Shown here piece after piece: positions 7,089 through 17,164 of a stretch of DNA of 64,000 nucleotides. Every line of letters begins with the position of its first letter. The stretch's first letter is position 1. Both the position numbers and the translations under genes were made by a program. Below the pieces are notes generated by a model. That model saw nothing but the letters and a program-made list of their open reading frames with translations, searched no databases and was not told the origin of the DNA. Origin of the DNA: a virus; the IMG/VR virus record IMGVR_UViG_3300038429_000225, positions 1 through 64,000 of that record; one strand, given 5' to 3'.

Positions 7089-9367
7089 TTAGGAAATCCC
7101 AGAAAGCGCATCAATTAATCTTAGGCGCTGAGTGGGGTCTGGCGGCAAAGTCACTGTGAAATGAACCTTATATGATGTCCAACCTGGTATCAAACCTTCG
7201 GGATCCGACACGCTCACTGGCGCGTTCTGAATCACGTTGCACTTGATACCGCGGTAATTCCCGTCGCCGTACGCCGTGTCGCCACGACCCGCCAGGTTAA
7301 TGGCGATGACGCCGTCGCGTCCGAAGATGTAGGTCCTCAGAGCGGTGGAGCCGGTCGTTTTGTAGTTGGTCGTGGTGGTGACGAGGTTCGTCTGGAAGAA
7401 GTCAACTGCGGTTCCTGGGAGTTCGAAAACTTCCGTGAGATCCGCGCTGGGCAGTTCTTCCATGCGCATCAGGCCTTCCGACGTGTGCTTCAATACGTCG
7501 ATTGGGCTGTTATTGGAGGTGTCATTAATCGCGTCGCCCCATGCGAAGGGGTGAACGATCCCGGCAAACCGCTTTTTGCCCTCGATGAAGGGCTTGATGC
7601 TGCGGCCGGCCATCGACTGAATCGCTGCGCGAATCGTGCCGATGGAAAGAGACGTGAAGCTGGAACTTGAAGCAGCGGCCAACTTGATAGCCACAGAGCT
7701 ATCGATCGCGGGCGCGCCGTCGCAAGTCAGACGGACCAAGGACGAGAGAGACTGACCGAGGCGATAGGAGAATTCCTTCGCGACGTTGGCCAGAGTGTCG
7801 TCGATTGCGGTCGCAAGAGCAAGGCTCGAGAACGACGCATAATCGGCATCAATGTGTGTTTAGGAAGCCTGTGTCACCACAGGTTCGCTCTCATGGTCGC
7901 CCATGAGTTCAGACTCTATCTTCAACTCAGGATTTTGATCCTGAGTGCTTGACATATTAGTCGTTGGGGTTTTTCCACTATTAAGTGAAATCATCTTAGT
8001 CCAAAGTTCTGCTCGTTTCTGTGGATTCACTTTCCCACACAACCGAATAAACTCAAGACCAACGTTTGCTTGATCTCTCTTAATAAGCATATAAGGGATG
8101 ATCCCGATAAGGAACATTTCTATTCGGGTATAACCTCCGGTCACGAACCATTCGTAACACTGGTGTTTCCCGAATTTCCCTTTCTGCTTCGGTCGGAATT
8201 CACCGCCGAAGTTCTTCACCAGCCACTTCATCAGTCTCACGCTAATGTTAGCGATGGAAACTTTTAAGTCATAACCGAAATACGGTTTGCCACTTGAAGT
8301 GTACAAGGTGGTCCGACTGAGGAAAACTCCTCCTTCGGCGTCAACCATTGCGGCGACGTAAGACCACTTCGTTTTACTGATTTGCATTTGGAATCTTACC
8401 TCCGTCTCTTATGCTGCCAGCTTTAACTGTAGCATACTTTGACGGATATAGTCAAGTTTTTGTTTAGGTGAGCTGACGATTAACTCACCGATGGTGGAGG
8501 TGTTGGTGACCAAGCTGGCAGCCTGACCGGGGCCAGGGGTGCCTTCTGTGGCTTGGACGATATTGGCACCGAACGTGTTATATTCAAATCAATTTTGTTT
8601 AGGAATCCTGTGTCACCACAGGTTCGCTCTCACGATTGCTCGTGATGTTCAGACTCTATCTTCACCTCAGGAGAGGTGTTTGACGTATTAGTCGTTAGGG
8701 ATGATTCTCCCTGATTGAGAAACTTCATTTTCTCTTCTAATCGTTTTCGGATCTCTGGGACTTGTGAATTTCCAAGTCTTACAAACTCCAGAGCGACTTC
8801 GGCTTGTTCCCGTTTTATGATCAAATAAGGAATGACTCCAAGTAAAAATCTTTCCTTGTTTGCTCGCCCCGAGATAGTCCACTTGTGAATCGGACGACTG
8901 TATGTCTTTGTCCAACCAGAAGGGTTGTTATCTCGAGAATAGAACGTTCCGCCAAAATTCCCCAACAGCCACTTCATCAGCTTAACAGACGTTCCATAAA
9001 TTACAATCTGAAGTCTGTAGCTTCCGCCAGCGACGTCGGCCTTATGAATAGATAGAGAACCTTCTCCATCAAGTATCCCGGCCACATACGGCCATGCATT
9101 CTTTTCCATCTGAGAATCCTTTCCTCGGTATTGTCTGATACTCATAATATCAGAGTTTCACCGATTTAGTCAAATTTATTTATACTCGAACCTATTTGAT
9201 TAAAGCACGAGTTGGTTACCAGAGTTAAGGGGCAGATCACGCCGTTCCGCGCAACGCACGAAGGGCGTCTCAGCCTTCAGGTTCTCAACGAACTGCTTGT
9301 CATAAAACAAGACGGTAGATTGAGGCAAATTCCCGGTCACGTTAGACGCGGGAAATCCGAGAGACAT
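7089..9367 (-). CDS. Major capsid protein, N4-gp56-like, in three exons (9204-9367, 8483-8589, 7089-7849; 343 aa spliced)
   Basis: The joined exons total 1032 nt and read in one frame: MSLGFPAS...FYDKQFVENLK...LPLNSGNQLVL|FEYNTFG...ATEGTP...TIGE|YADYASFSSLALATAIDD...GIVHP...TYIFGRD...DPEG..GWTSYK. The gene lies directly after the scaffold gene. Confidence 0.88.
7850..8482 (-). mobile_element. Group I intron 2 in the capsid gene (633 nt)
   Basis: P1 is exon GGUGAGU paired with GCUCACC, ending in a U.G pair. Terminal G at 7850. UAAUCG pairs with CGAUUA in the 3' exon. Core elements AACGACUAAU and AAGAUAGAGUCUG are present, and P3 is UUGAC/GUCAA. Confidence 0.9.
7860..8387 (-). CDS. Intron-encoded single-motif LAGLIDADG endonuclease
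   Basis: YVAAMVDAEGGV, L...FGG, I.PYM.IKR.QA. Confidence 0.9.
   Translation of the reverse strand: MQISKTKWSYVAAMVDAEGGVFLSRTTLYTSSGKPYFGYDLKVSIANISVRLMKWLVKNFGGEFRPKQKGKFGKHQCYEWFVTGGYTRIEMFLIGIIPYMLIKRDQANVGLEFIRLCGKVNPQKRAELWTKMISLNSGKTPTTNMSSTQDQNPELKIESELMGDHESEPVVTQAS
8590..9203 (-). mobile_element. Group I intron 1 in the capsid gene (614 nt)
   Basis: P1 is CUCGUGCU paired with GGUUCGAG, with U.G at 9204. P10 is UCAAAU with AUUUGA in the 3' exon. Terminal G at 8590. The core elements match intron 2. An in-frame TAA follows exon 1 immediately if unspliced. Confidence 0.9.
8630..9109 (-). CDS. Intron-encoded single-motif LAGLIDADG endonuclease
   Basis: YVAGILDGEGSL, LMKWLLGNFGG, VIPYLIIKREQA. 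Clearly paralogous to 7860..8387. Confidence 0.9.
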   Translation of the reverse strand: MEKNAWPYVAGILDGEGSLSIHKADVAGGSYRLQIVIYGTSVKLMKWLLGNFGGTFYSRDNNPSGWTKTYSRPIHKWTISGRANKERFLLGVIPYLIIKREQAEVALEFVRLGNSQVPEIRKRLEEKMKFLNQGESSLTTNTSNTSPEVKIESEHHEQS

Positions 9368-9408
9368 GGTGGATATTTCCTTGTAATACAGGGTGTGCGC
9401 GGATTACG

Positions 9409-10728
9409 TTAGAGCTTGCCGTCCGCGATCAACTTGTCGACAGCCGCCTTGAATCCCAAGTCGGTTTTGTACCTGCGACGCGTCTCGCTAACGGACATTC
9501 TGTTGTATTCCTCGACGGTCAGCCCCACGGATGGTTCGGGCCTCGAACCAGGCCTAACACTTGCCTGACGCGGAGATAGCCCTGTGGATGCAGACCCTGG
9601 TCGCAACCTGCCCACTTCCACGACTGGCGCGGCGGCGGGTGGTGTGACCTTCGATACTGGTGTTACGACGGGCGCTTCTGCGCTCGCCGGTGTTACGGCT
9701 GCGGCTACCAGTGCTGCTGGATCCGCGGCCGACGGTAAAGCGACTACAGGAGCGGGTAGCTCCCTTCGCTCAACCGGTGTTGAAACTCTAGTTGGAACTT
9801 CGCCCTTTTCTTTCAACATACCAAGGGCCTTGTTCAAATTGCGAACGGTGTAATCCCAATTACTTTCAGCAAGGATTACATCCATCTTGTCGCCGAGTTC
9901 TTTGCTGAACTCGACATCAGAATGCTGTTTCATAAACAACTTGGCAGTTGCGAGATAACTCGCCCTGTCAAGCTGTGCTTCACTGGTCACCACACGGGTG
10001 ACAATTTCTTCGGCAGGGGCGCCGAATCGAATGCGGTCTCTCCTCTCGAGCGCCTTATTGACGCGTGAAGGATCACCGGATTTTAGATCTTCTGCAATTT
10101 CAAACTGCTCATCAGCCGTCAGAGCCCGAGGCTCCAACTTTTTACGAGGTGAAGCAATATCGGCCGGCTGTTCAAGAAGCAGTTGGTTGTTCTCTTCTTG
10201 CTGTTGACGAATTTTGGCAGTCGCATTCGCCTGCGCGTCCAAAATCTTCTGGCTCAATTCGTCTTTCGTCTTTGCGAACCAAACCTGTTCGCCCGATCCA
10301 TCAATCGCTTCAACACGCGCTTCCCATCCGCCCTTCACCTTCGTGTAAGGTCCGGACTTCGTTCCTTCCTCTTCTTCAGTCGGTACAACTGGCGCCGGAG
10401 GCTCCGCGATTACTACCGCCGGTTCTGCCGCTGCGACGGGCGTCGGAGGGGCCGCGACAATCTGCTCTTCAACAACGGGTGGTGTGGCGCCAGAGGCGTC
10501 AACCACAACCGCGGGAGCAAGCAAGAAAGCTTCGAGAGCCGTCTTGTACTCCAGATTACTTCGCAAATTACGAACCCGATCCGACGGCAGATTGGCCCAA
10601 TCGTATTTCACTTGCTCGTTCAAATCGGTGAATAGGGGCCAGCCGTTCGGATAACCGGGGGTATTTTCTGACTGCTTTGTATCTGCTGGGACTTTACCCA
10701 GCGTGATTAGTTCTTCAACGCTTTTCAT
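9409..10728 (-). CDS. Probable capsid scaffolding protein
   Basis: Acidic, P/A-rich and helical, with a C-terminal LTVEEYNRMS motif. It lies between the portal and capsid genes. Confidence 0.6.
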   Translation of the reverse strand: MKSVEELITLGKVPADTKQSENTPGYPNGWPLFTDLNEQVKYDWANLPSDRVRNLRSNLEYKTALEAFLLAPAVVVDASGATPPVVEEQIVAAPPTPVAAAEPAVVIAEPPAPVVPTEEEEGTKSGPYTKVKGGWEARVEAIDGSGEQVWFAKTKDELSQKILDAQANATAKIRQQQEENNQLLLEQPADIASPRKKLEPRALTADEQFEIAEDLKSGDPSRVNKALERRDRIRFGAPAEEIVTRVVTSEAQLDRASYLATAKLFMKQHSDVEFSKELGDKMDVILAESNWDYTVRNLNKALGMLKEKGEVPTRVSTPVERRELPAPVVALPSAADPAALVAAAVTPASAEAPVVTPVSKVTPPAAAPVVEVGRLRPGSASTGLSPRQASVRPGSRPEPSVGLTVEEYNRMSVSETRRRYKTDLGFKAAVDKLIADGKL

Positions 10729-10812
10729 AACACTATCTCCTGGTGGTGTCAATCCGACACAACACTGATTAGATGTTTGGTTCTTTCTCCGTTTTCGTAG
10801 CTTTTAATCCAG

Positions 10813-10983
10813 TTACAACTTGGCCTTGACCGCTGCCACGAGAGCCTTGACTTCCGCGACCACCGATCCTTCGACCTTGACGAGCTCTGCCTTGACGGCC
10901 GCAAGCTTGGCTGCGTTCTTCACGCGGCCGGCTGCGAAACCAAGGCCGAGAGCAACTACCAATGCGACGACTTCGTAAACCAT
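10813..10983 (-). CDS. 56-aa membrane-anchored protein (absent from the ORF track)
   Basis: AAGGAG RBS. Reads MVYEVVALVVALGLGFAAGRVKNAAKLAAVKAEL... Confidence 0.6.
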   Translation of the reverse strand: MVYEVVALVVALGLGFAAGRVKNAAKLAAVKAELVKVEGSVVAEVKALVAAVKAKL

Positions 10984-10993
10984 GATATTCTCC

Positions 10994-11386
10994 TTATTCG
11001 GGTTTGAATTCCTTTTTGACTTGATCTTCCAGCGAAGTGCCTAAAAGATCTTTCTTCTGCTTGATAAACTCCACTTCACCAGAAAATTCTTCCATCTGCC
11101 GAGTACACTCATTCTGAATGCGCTCGAAAAATATTCGCGCGGATACGGCAAGAAGACCGGTACGCTCAAACTCTTCCTTATTTTTCCAGTTCTGAAAGTG
11201 AGATGTCTCAAGCTTTTCAATTTCGCCTTGCGACAGCTTCATCCAGACCTGATAGGCAGGAGTCCCGTACCAGTTTGCCAGCGTGACTTTTTCGGTAGAC
11301 GAAAGTTTAAGGAATCGTGGATCCCTCATCGCAATCGGAACTTGTAACCCTTCGACCGGCCCTGTTTCGAATTCTTCGATTTCCAT
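10994..11386 (-). CDS. Hypothetical portal-adjacent protein
   Basis: 130-aa ORF with a GGAGG RBS. Confidence 0.6.
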   Translation of the reverse strand: MEIEEFETGPVEGLQVPIAMRDPRFLKLSSTEKVTLANWYGTPAYQVWMKLSQGEIEKLETSHFQNWKNKEEFERTGLLAVSARIFFERIQNECTRQMEEFSGEVEFIKQKKDLLGTSLEDQVKKEFKPE

Positions 11387-11414
11387 GAGATTCCTCCCGG
11401 AAGCTCGCTACTTA

Positions 11415-13550
11415 TTACGCTGGCATGCCTTCGGCATTGCCACCAAATCCTGGGCCCCCGGGTTCTCCGGTTACTGCTTCTGGTTCTCCGGCTTTTTCGA
11501 GAGAGTGGCGGATAATATCCCCCGCCGCACGCTGTGTCCACGCCTGATCCTGTAACTGGGATTTTGCCTGGAACTTTTGATCGTTGTTGGCTTTCTGTGC
11601 TGCCATCTTGGCCGCTGCCGGATTGTTAGCAGCACGTTGCGCCTTCATCTCCGGAGTCAACGGACGAAAGATCGAATAATACTGCGAACTGCCATAACCA
11701 CTGACGTCTGTCAGCATGTGGAGCAATTCGGAGAAGGCGATGTACTCGCCATTGATGTCTGCGATCTGACCTGCGAGGGCCGGGTTCGTGAAGTACTGCA
11801 TGATCAGCGGCATGGACTGGGCCATCTGCTGACGGGCCGCCATGTGGCTGCCGGCGAGCACACTGAACCGCTTGATGCCATTCTTACTGCCCATGAAGTC
11901 ACGGAAGCTGGCCTTGTAATCTTTTCCGAGTTGTTCGTTTAGAATTTCTTTGTACACCGAGGCCGGAAGGAACATACGATTCAAATCGTAGATCTTCCAC
12001 AGCCACGGCTGGAACACCTGGCGGTTGAAGTCTTCAACCAATCCGCCGATACGATCTACGGCCGCTTGCATCATGCCGCCTGCGCCTGTAGCTGTACGCC
12101 CCATCGAAGAGCCTCGACCGCTAGGTTTAGACGCGCCCATGGTAAGCATTTCATTGGCGCCGGAAGTCGATTCGGTACGCGCTTCGGAAGCTGCGACCAC
12201 CTGGAATAACTCTTGCTGAATCTTTGGAAGGTCCAGCGGATGAAGCGCTTTCGTTGCGTCTCCGTCAACGTCGATGAAGCCGCCCAGGCGAGCCCGGACT
12301 TGCTGCGTGTTAATATTGGCGCCGCGCGAACGGACTATCGGTTGATTGGCTGACAGAGTGCCGATATCGGCAACCGCATTGATGAACCCTTGCTGCAGCC
12401 GCTGCTCGCCGCCGAGCGCGGTCCCGAGGCCGATGCCCCAGAAACAATCTTGAATCATCCACCAGTTCACAGAATAGAACGGTATGCAACCAAACATATT
12501 TGGCTCATTACGAATGACGCGCTGACCGGCCAGGACTGTGATAATCTTGTCGCGGTCCCAACGTTCTTGAATAAGCAAAGGTTCGTTGAGAGGATCGTCG
12601 GTCGTCTTCGCAAACAAAGGAGCCGCGTGCTGCACAAACTGTGTATTATTCTGGCCCGAAGTCATATTCTGACCGGCGATTGCCTGACTTTGGTCGGCTG
12701 CCGCGGGCGTCTCGAACCAAGATCTAATCGTCGATTCGTCTGGCAAATTGTAGCGATAAATCGGTTCGTTCTTTTCGTTGTAGTAAACTTCGTCCTTCCA
12801 CTTAATTATGTCACGATACGTGACCGGAAATTCATGAATGACGAACTTGGCTTCACGAATATCGGGAACGCGCGTACCCGGGTCCACCAGGACCGTGCGG
12901 ATGTCACAATTCTCGAAATACGGATGCGATACCAGCCGCTCCGTTCTGACCATACGAAACTTGTCTTGGTCGGGCGTCGGTAATTCCTCAATGTTTCCGT
13001 CTGCGCCTGTAGTTGTGAGAGATTCATGAACCGGTTGGAAATCCCAATCGGTTTCGTAACGATCTTTCCAACCCCACTTCCAAATACCGGTGCCATTGAG
13101 CAAACAGGAGAAAAGCCCATACTTTACTTCCTGCTTGAAATTCATTTGATCCAACTGATATGCCGTCAGTTCTTGAATAGCACGCGCCATATTAGCTGAA
13201 ATGCTAGAACGAGATTCAAGTTTGAACGGAGGTTCTTCATAGAACATTCCGCCTACAAGTTTCGAATTGATAGCATTGACGTGCGTCGCAACCGTAAATT
13301 TGGCGATGTTCGCCTTGGGCATCGAGGTGCCTTCCCAAACGCGAAGCGTCGGGGGCGATTGGTACAACAGGTCGATTTCTATCCACCGAATATTGAAATA
13401 ACGGCTTTCAATCCACGCGCGGGTAAATTTCGAGTCCAGAGTAACCAGTTTTAGCGCAACATCATCACTTACTTCCTCAGGACTGAAAACTTCCTTGAAG
13501 TTCAGCAGCCCCGAGCTCGACGTACCGGGGAGAGGTAGAACTGGTGCCAT
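11415..13550 (-). CDS. Portal protein (P22/podovirus-like)
   Basis: 711 aa, following TerL. Motifs GTGIWK.GW, DP, IPF, F.G.G.G, E..SG, TATG. Confidence 0.8.
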   Translation of the reverse strand: MAPVLPLPGTSSSGLLNFKEVFSPEEVSDDVALKLVTLDSKFTRAWIESRYFNIRWIEIDLLYQSPPTLRVWEGTSMPKANIAKFTVATHVNAINSKLVGGMFYEEPPFKLESRSSISANMARAIQELTAYQLDQMNFKQEVKYGLFSCLLNGTGIWKWGWKDRYETDWDFQPVHESLTTTGADGNIEELPTPDQDKFRMVRTERLVSHPYFENCDIRTVLVDPGTRVPDIREAKFVIHEFPVTYRDIIKWKDEVYYNEKNEPIYRYNLPDESTIRSWFETPAAADQSQAIAGQNMTSGQNNTQFVQHAAPLFAKTTDDPLNEPLLIQERWDRDKIITVLAGQRVIRNEPNMFGCIPFYSVNWWMIQDCFWGIGLGTALGGEQRLQQGFINAVADIGTLSANQPIVRSRGANINTQQVRARLGGFIDVDGDATKALHPLDLPKIQQELFQVVAASEARTESTSGANEMLTMGASKPSGRGSSMGRTATGAGGMMQAAVDRIGGLVEDFNRQVFQPWLWKIYDLNRMFLPASVYKEILNEQLGKDYKASFRDFMGSKNGIKRFSVLAGSHMAARQQMAQSMPLIMQYFTNPALAGQIADINGEYIAFSELLHMLTDVSGYGSSQYYSIFRPLTPEMKAQRAANNPAAAKMAAQKANNDQKFQAKSQLQDQAWTQRAAGDIIRHSLEKAGEPEAVTGEPGGPGFGGNAEGMPA

Positions 13551-13560
13551 TGTGTTTCCT

Positions 13561-15567
13561 CTATCGTTTGAATCCTATCGGGGTGTATGGGTCGTAGAGC
13601 TCTTCACCGGCTGTGTCGCCGGTGCCGGGTTCTGGAACAATAGGTAACTCATTCGTTCCTGGAGCATAATCACCCTGCCCAAATATCAGGTCATAAAAAT
13701 CTTTCTCGCGGAGAATGCGATCGAATTCCTTCTGACGGTCTCTGCCGCCAGGGCCACCGGGCTCCGTGGTTCCGGTCGGAATGATTCGATGAATGTGACT
13801 GATCGTATCCGGAATGTCGTCATGAAGCGAAGTCCCGAAATCTTTAAACTCTTTGTAGAGATCTTCAAGACACGAAATCGTGTTCAAAAAGAATAACTGT
13901 CCCCCGTAAAGAAGCGGTTGTAGGGCACCTACACGGGACGCTTTAGCGTTCGGAGAACGATCAACCTTGAAGAAGTCCAACGGGATGTACTCAGTTCCTG
14001 CCTCTAAGGCGTACTGACGAATTGAGCGCTCCAAAAACTGGGCCCCGTTCGAGTTCTCGATCAGAACCAGACGCGGGTGATATTTCTGAAATGACGAAGC
14101 AATTTCTTTCGCCAGATCATTGTCAAGATAATGGTCTCTAAAAATTTCCACTACATACACACGATTTTCTATGTCAAGGCCAACCACGGCACCGACTGAA
14201 TAATCGTTCTTCTGGTTTACTGCGTACGCAAAATCCCAAATGATATAGTACTGAAGTTGATGCGGAATGGCGTTCAACCCAACCGTCCGCTGGAGCATAA
14301 GATCCACCGTGAACTTGATCTTACGGGTGCCCGCCGTACTCAACATGTACTGCGAGAGATAGACCGCTATGTCTTTCTTCTTCTTCCTGTCGAGAAACTT
14401 GTGATCCAACTTCACGCGACCGGTCTTGTCTTTTTCAAACAACAACTCATAATCGGCTGGCGTGCAATCACGCTCATCCTTGTGAATCATCTCGGGCCGC
14501 AACCAGCGAGCCGGAGTAATCAAAACCTTCAAATCGCCCGGATGCAAAACGCTTTCGACTGTATGAGCATACAAATCACCAGGAGCATACGGCGTTCCCA
14601 GAAGGTCTTTGTATCCGCCTGGGTCAACCAGCGACTCGGCATAATTGATCTTCCGAATCACCTTGACTACGAGCATCGAAGTATCGGTGTTCTTGTCGTT
14701 AACGACGTCGTCGCCCTTCATCAAATCGCAGTGCCAACCCGGCAAGTTCGATAGAATCGATGATGCCCAAGCCGATGGATCCCTTTTCTTTTCGTCGCCT
14801 ACTGTTCGGCAAGGACAAATGAATTCGTCCTCGATGCCTTCATTCTTGCGAGTGAGATTCCACTCTGGAAATAATTTCTGAAAAATCGTGCCATCCGCAT
14901 TATCGGGAACCAGAAAATAGTTCTTAAGTTCCCCAATGAACGCGACCGCCAAACCAGACTCGGCCGTAAGAATCAAAATACGAATGTTTGGAAGATTGAT
15001 AAACCACTGCACGCAATCAACCACGTTAATCGTAGACTTGAAACTTCCGCGAGGATACAGCAAAAGACGTTCTTTCGTCTCATCCTGCTCTTCGATCTTC
15101 TTCGACGGATCCTTCTGCACGAAAAAATTACAGACAGGCGCGTGCGTTAGGAATGTGAAGTCTTTGTTGAAAATCTCACGGCCCAGAAACAACAAATTCG
15201 TCCGGCACATGAATCTCAAGAAATCCGTCGTTGACGTCGAGCTTGGACACTTTTTCTGATCTACCCACAAATCTTTGCCGCTCGAATCTTTTCCTTTGTG
15301 CTTAAGGCCTAAAATTTCCAATCGCCGAATCGAAGAATCAATGTTCTCATTAGAACCTGCTTCACCATATGCAGCCATCACCATATCAAACGTGATGTAA
15401 TTCTTCGCGCGTATAACTAATTCGTCAAACGTTTTCGGAGCGGGGCCCGCAAGATCACGATCTGCCACTTTCCAGAAATGCTTGATAGACAATTGGTCGC
15501 CGGCTTTTGCAGCTTCGGCTTTACCCTCGTTAAGTAAATAATCAATAGTCCAAATTGGTTCCGACAT
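13561..15567 (-). CDS. terL: Terminase large subunit
   Basis: Walker A PRGSFKST, G.H.D...DD, GTPY...DLY, nuclease WDFAY...DYS, IE.NG.Q, K..R, HDDIPD. Confidence 0.9.
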   Translation of the reverse strand: MSEPIWTIDYLLNEGKAEAAKAGDQLSIKHFWKVADRDLAGPAPKTFDELVIRAKNYITFDMVMAAYGEAGSNENIDSSIRRLEILGLKHKGKDSSGKDLWVDQKKCPSSTSTTDFLRFMCRTNLLFLGREIFNKDFTFLTHAPVCNFFVQKDPSKKIEEQDETKERLLLYPRGSFKSTINVVDCVQWFINLPNIRILILTAESGLAVAFIGELKNYFLVPDNADGTIFQKLFPEWNLTRKNEGIEDEFICPCRTVGDEKKRDPSAWASSILSNLPGWHCDLMKGDDVVNDKNTDTSMLVVKVIRKINYAESLVDPGGYKDLLGTPYAPGDLYAHTVESVLHPGDLKVLITPARWLRPEMIHKDERDCTPADYELLFEKDKTGRVKLDHKFLDRKKKKDIAVYLSQYMLSTAGTRKIKFTVDLMLQRTVGLNAIPHQLQYYIIWDFAYAVNQKNDYSVGAVVGLDIENRVYVVEIFRDHYLDNDLAKEIASSFQKYHPRLVLIENSNGAQFLERSIRQYALEAGTEYIPLDFFKVDRSPNAKASRVGALQPLLYGGQLFFLNTISCLEDLYKEFKDFGTSLHDDIPDTISHIHRIIPTGTTEPGGPGGRDRQKEFDRILREKDFYDLIFGQGDYAPGTNELPIVPEPGTGDTAGEELYDPYTPIGFKR

Positions 15568-15622
15568 ATTCGCGACCTCGGAAGGGCCCAATCCGAGCCG
15601 TTTCACGGTACATCAATTTCGT

Positions 15623-16366
15623 TTATAACGCGGCCGGTTCCGGGGATGCTCCACCCTGACCACCACCTGCTCCACCCTCGGCTGGCTCTTCGCCTTGTGA
15701 ACCGAGCATATCCGTAATGTTCTTGCCTAGGGCTGCGTGATCGCCGAGCGCGAAGTTATGCGTCTCGCTCGAACCATCATCAAACACATGATGAAGCGCG
15801 TGACCACCCTTGTGGGTGTATCCGTGGAATCCAACATGCTTTTTGCCAGCCGGTTTCTTTTCGCCTTTGTGCTTGCCCTCGGCCTTCTCTTCTTTCTTGG
15901 TTTCGTGCTTCTCTTCTTCCTTGGGCTCCGCTTCCTCTTCTTCAACTGCCGCGGACATAACGCCCTTGGCTTTCTTTCCTAGATGTTCCATGGCTAGTTT
16001 CTCCGCTTTGTTTTTGTCTTTTGGAAGAACGGTTTCGCCCTTCTCTAAATCCTTCACTCCACTTTCCTTGACTTTTCCGCCATCGTGCATTTTCTGTGGA
16101 GCCAGCAAGTCCTTGACTCCTTCCATTTGCCTGTTACGCTCTTCAACACCATGCACGGATCCTTCAAGATCAACACCTTCGGGACCAAGCAGACCTTTGC
16201 TTCCCGCAGGCTTAGAATCTTCCTTCGGCGCTGCAACGCCGGGAGCTGCTGGAACAGGCGGCCGTCTGCCTGACACTTTAGAATTCCATGCAGTATCCAA
16301 AGCTTTCTTGGCATCCGCAACTTTCTTACTTACTCCGCCGTCATCTTTTGCTGTATTTTGTGGCAT
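15623..16366 (-). CDS. Charged protein with MHxGG...GExVxP motif
   Basis: 247-aa ORF upstream of TerL that shares a motif with 3058..3390. Confidence 0.55.
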   Translation of the reverse strand: MPQNTAKDDGGVSKKVADAKKALDTAWNSKVSGRRPPVPAAPGVAAPKEDSKPAGSKGLLGPEGVDLEGSVHGVEERNRQMEGVKDLLAPQKMHDGGKVKESGVKDLEKGETVLPKDKNKAEKLAMEHLGKKAKGVMSAAVEEEEAEPKEEEKHETKKEEKAEGKHKGEKKPAGKKHVGFHGYTHKGGHALHHVFDDGSSETHNFALGDHAALGKNITDMLGSQGEEPAEGGAGGGQGGASPEPAAL

Positions 16367-16376
16367 GATCGTTTCC

Positions 16377-16574
16377 TCACCGCGGCGTTGCCGTGTGTCT
16401 CATTCGTTGTACGGGCGCCGCTGGCGCCTTGGTCTTCGGATGCTTTTTACGCTTCGGGAGACTTGAATAATCTGTTGCTTGTTCCCACTCTTTTACTTTC
16501 TCTGGACCGCCGAGTGCTTCGGTTCCTTTCTTGGTGTGAGCCCAGGCGTTTTGTGCTTTGCTTTCAAATGACAT
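16377..16574 (-). CDS. Small conserved phage protein (FxSKAQ...LP type)
   Basis: MSFESKAQNAWA...EWEQAT.YSSLPKRK. Confidence 0.6.
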   Translation of the reverse strand: MSFESKAQNAWAHTKKGTEALGGPEKVKEWEQATDYSSLPKRKKHPKTKAPAAPVQRMRHTATPR

Positions 16575-16576
16575 GA

Positions 16577-16849
16577 TTACACCTTTGTAGGATCGATCGA
16601 CGGCGTTACTGGATTGCTGCTGAACGACTGCACAGCCGTTGCAACCCGGTTTGCCGCGTACGGAGAGATTGCAAAGGCGCTGGCACCCGCCAAATCAGGA
16701 AGCGCGTGCGAATGAAACACAATGTGCCCGACATATATCAAAATTGCAATCAACGTTCCTGTCGAGGCACAGCGACCCCACGATAGAGTTCCACCGTTAG
16801 GCTCGCTGTGAATTTCACGAACCATTTTCTTAAAACCTTGGAGGGTCAT
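16577..16849 (-). CDS. Holin candidate (2 TM)
   Basis: S...G..S..R motif followed by two hydrophobic segments, near the endolysin. Confidence 0.5.
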   Translation of the reverse strand: MTLQGFKKMVREIHSEPNGGTLSWGRCASTGTLIAILIYVGHIVFHSHALPDLAGASAFAISPYAANRVATAVQSFSSNPVTPSIDPTKV

Positions 16850-16896
16850 AAAATATACTCCAACTAAAAATCTTCAAATCGTCGAGGAATGATATA

Positions 16897-16932
16897 ACAA
16901 AAGAAAAAGGGCGAATGGAGGAATTCGCCCTT
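16897..16932 (-). terminator. Intrinsic terminator
   Basis: 10-bp stem AAGGGCGAAT/ATTCGCCCTT followed by a U-rich tract on the minus strand. Confidence 0.7.
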
Positions 16933-16960
16933 CGTTGTTCGCAAACAGCGAACGGGGTAG

Positions 16961-17164
16961 TTACTTTGTGGGGGCCGAATAGTCGTTCGCGTGGAAACCA
17001 CTGCCGACTAAGATCGGAGACCCGGGACGAGACAGAACTTTTTCAACTCTGCGAACACGCCCGCAATTGGGACAGGGCTGCTTGGATCGTTCACTTTGCT
17101 CAAACGAAATCATCAACTCAAACTTCTTCGTACAAACTGGACACAAAAACTCGTAAACCGGCAT
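16961..17164 (-). CDS. FmdB-family zinc ribbon protein
   Basis: MPVYEFLCPVC..KFE...CPNCG...GSGFHANDY. Confidence 0.85.
   Translation of the reverse strand: MPVYEFLCPVCTKKFELMISFEQSERSKQPCPNCGRVRRVEKVLSRPGSPILVGSGFHANDYSAPTK

Noticed and set aside
7089-9367. Inteins, stop-codon recoding or a capsid pseudogene as explanations for the broken ORF
   Set aside because: The inserts are out of frame with stops and carry group I splice signals. Other genes read normally in the standard code.
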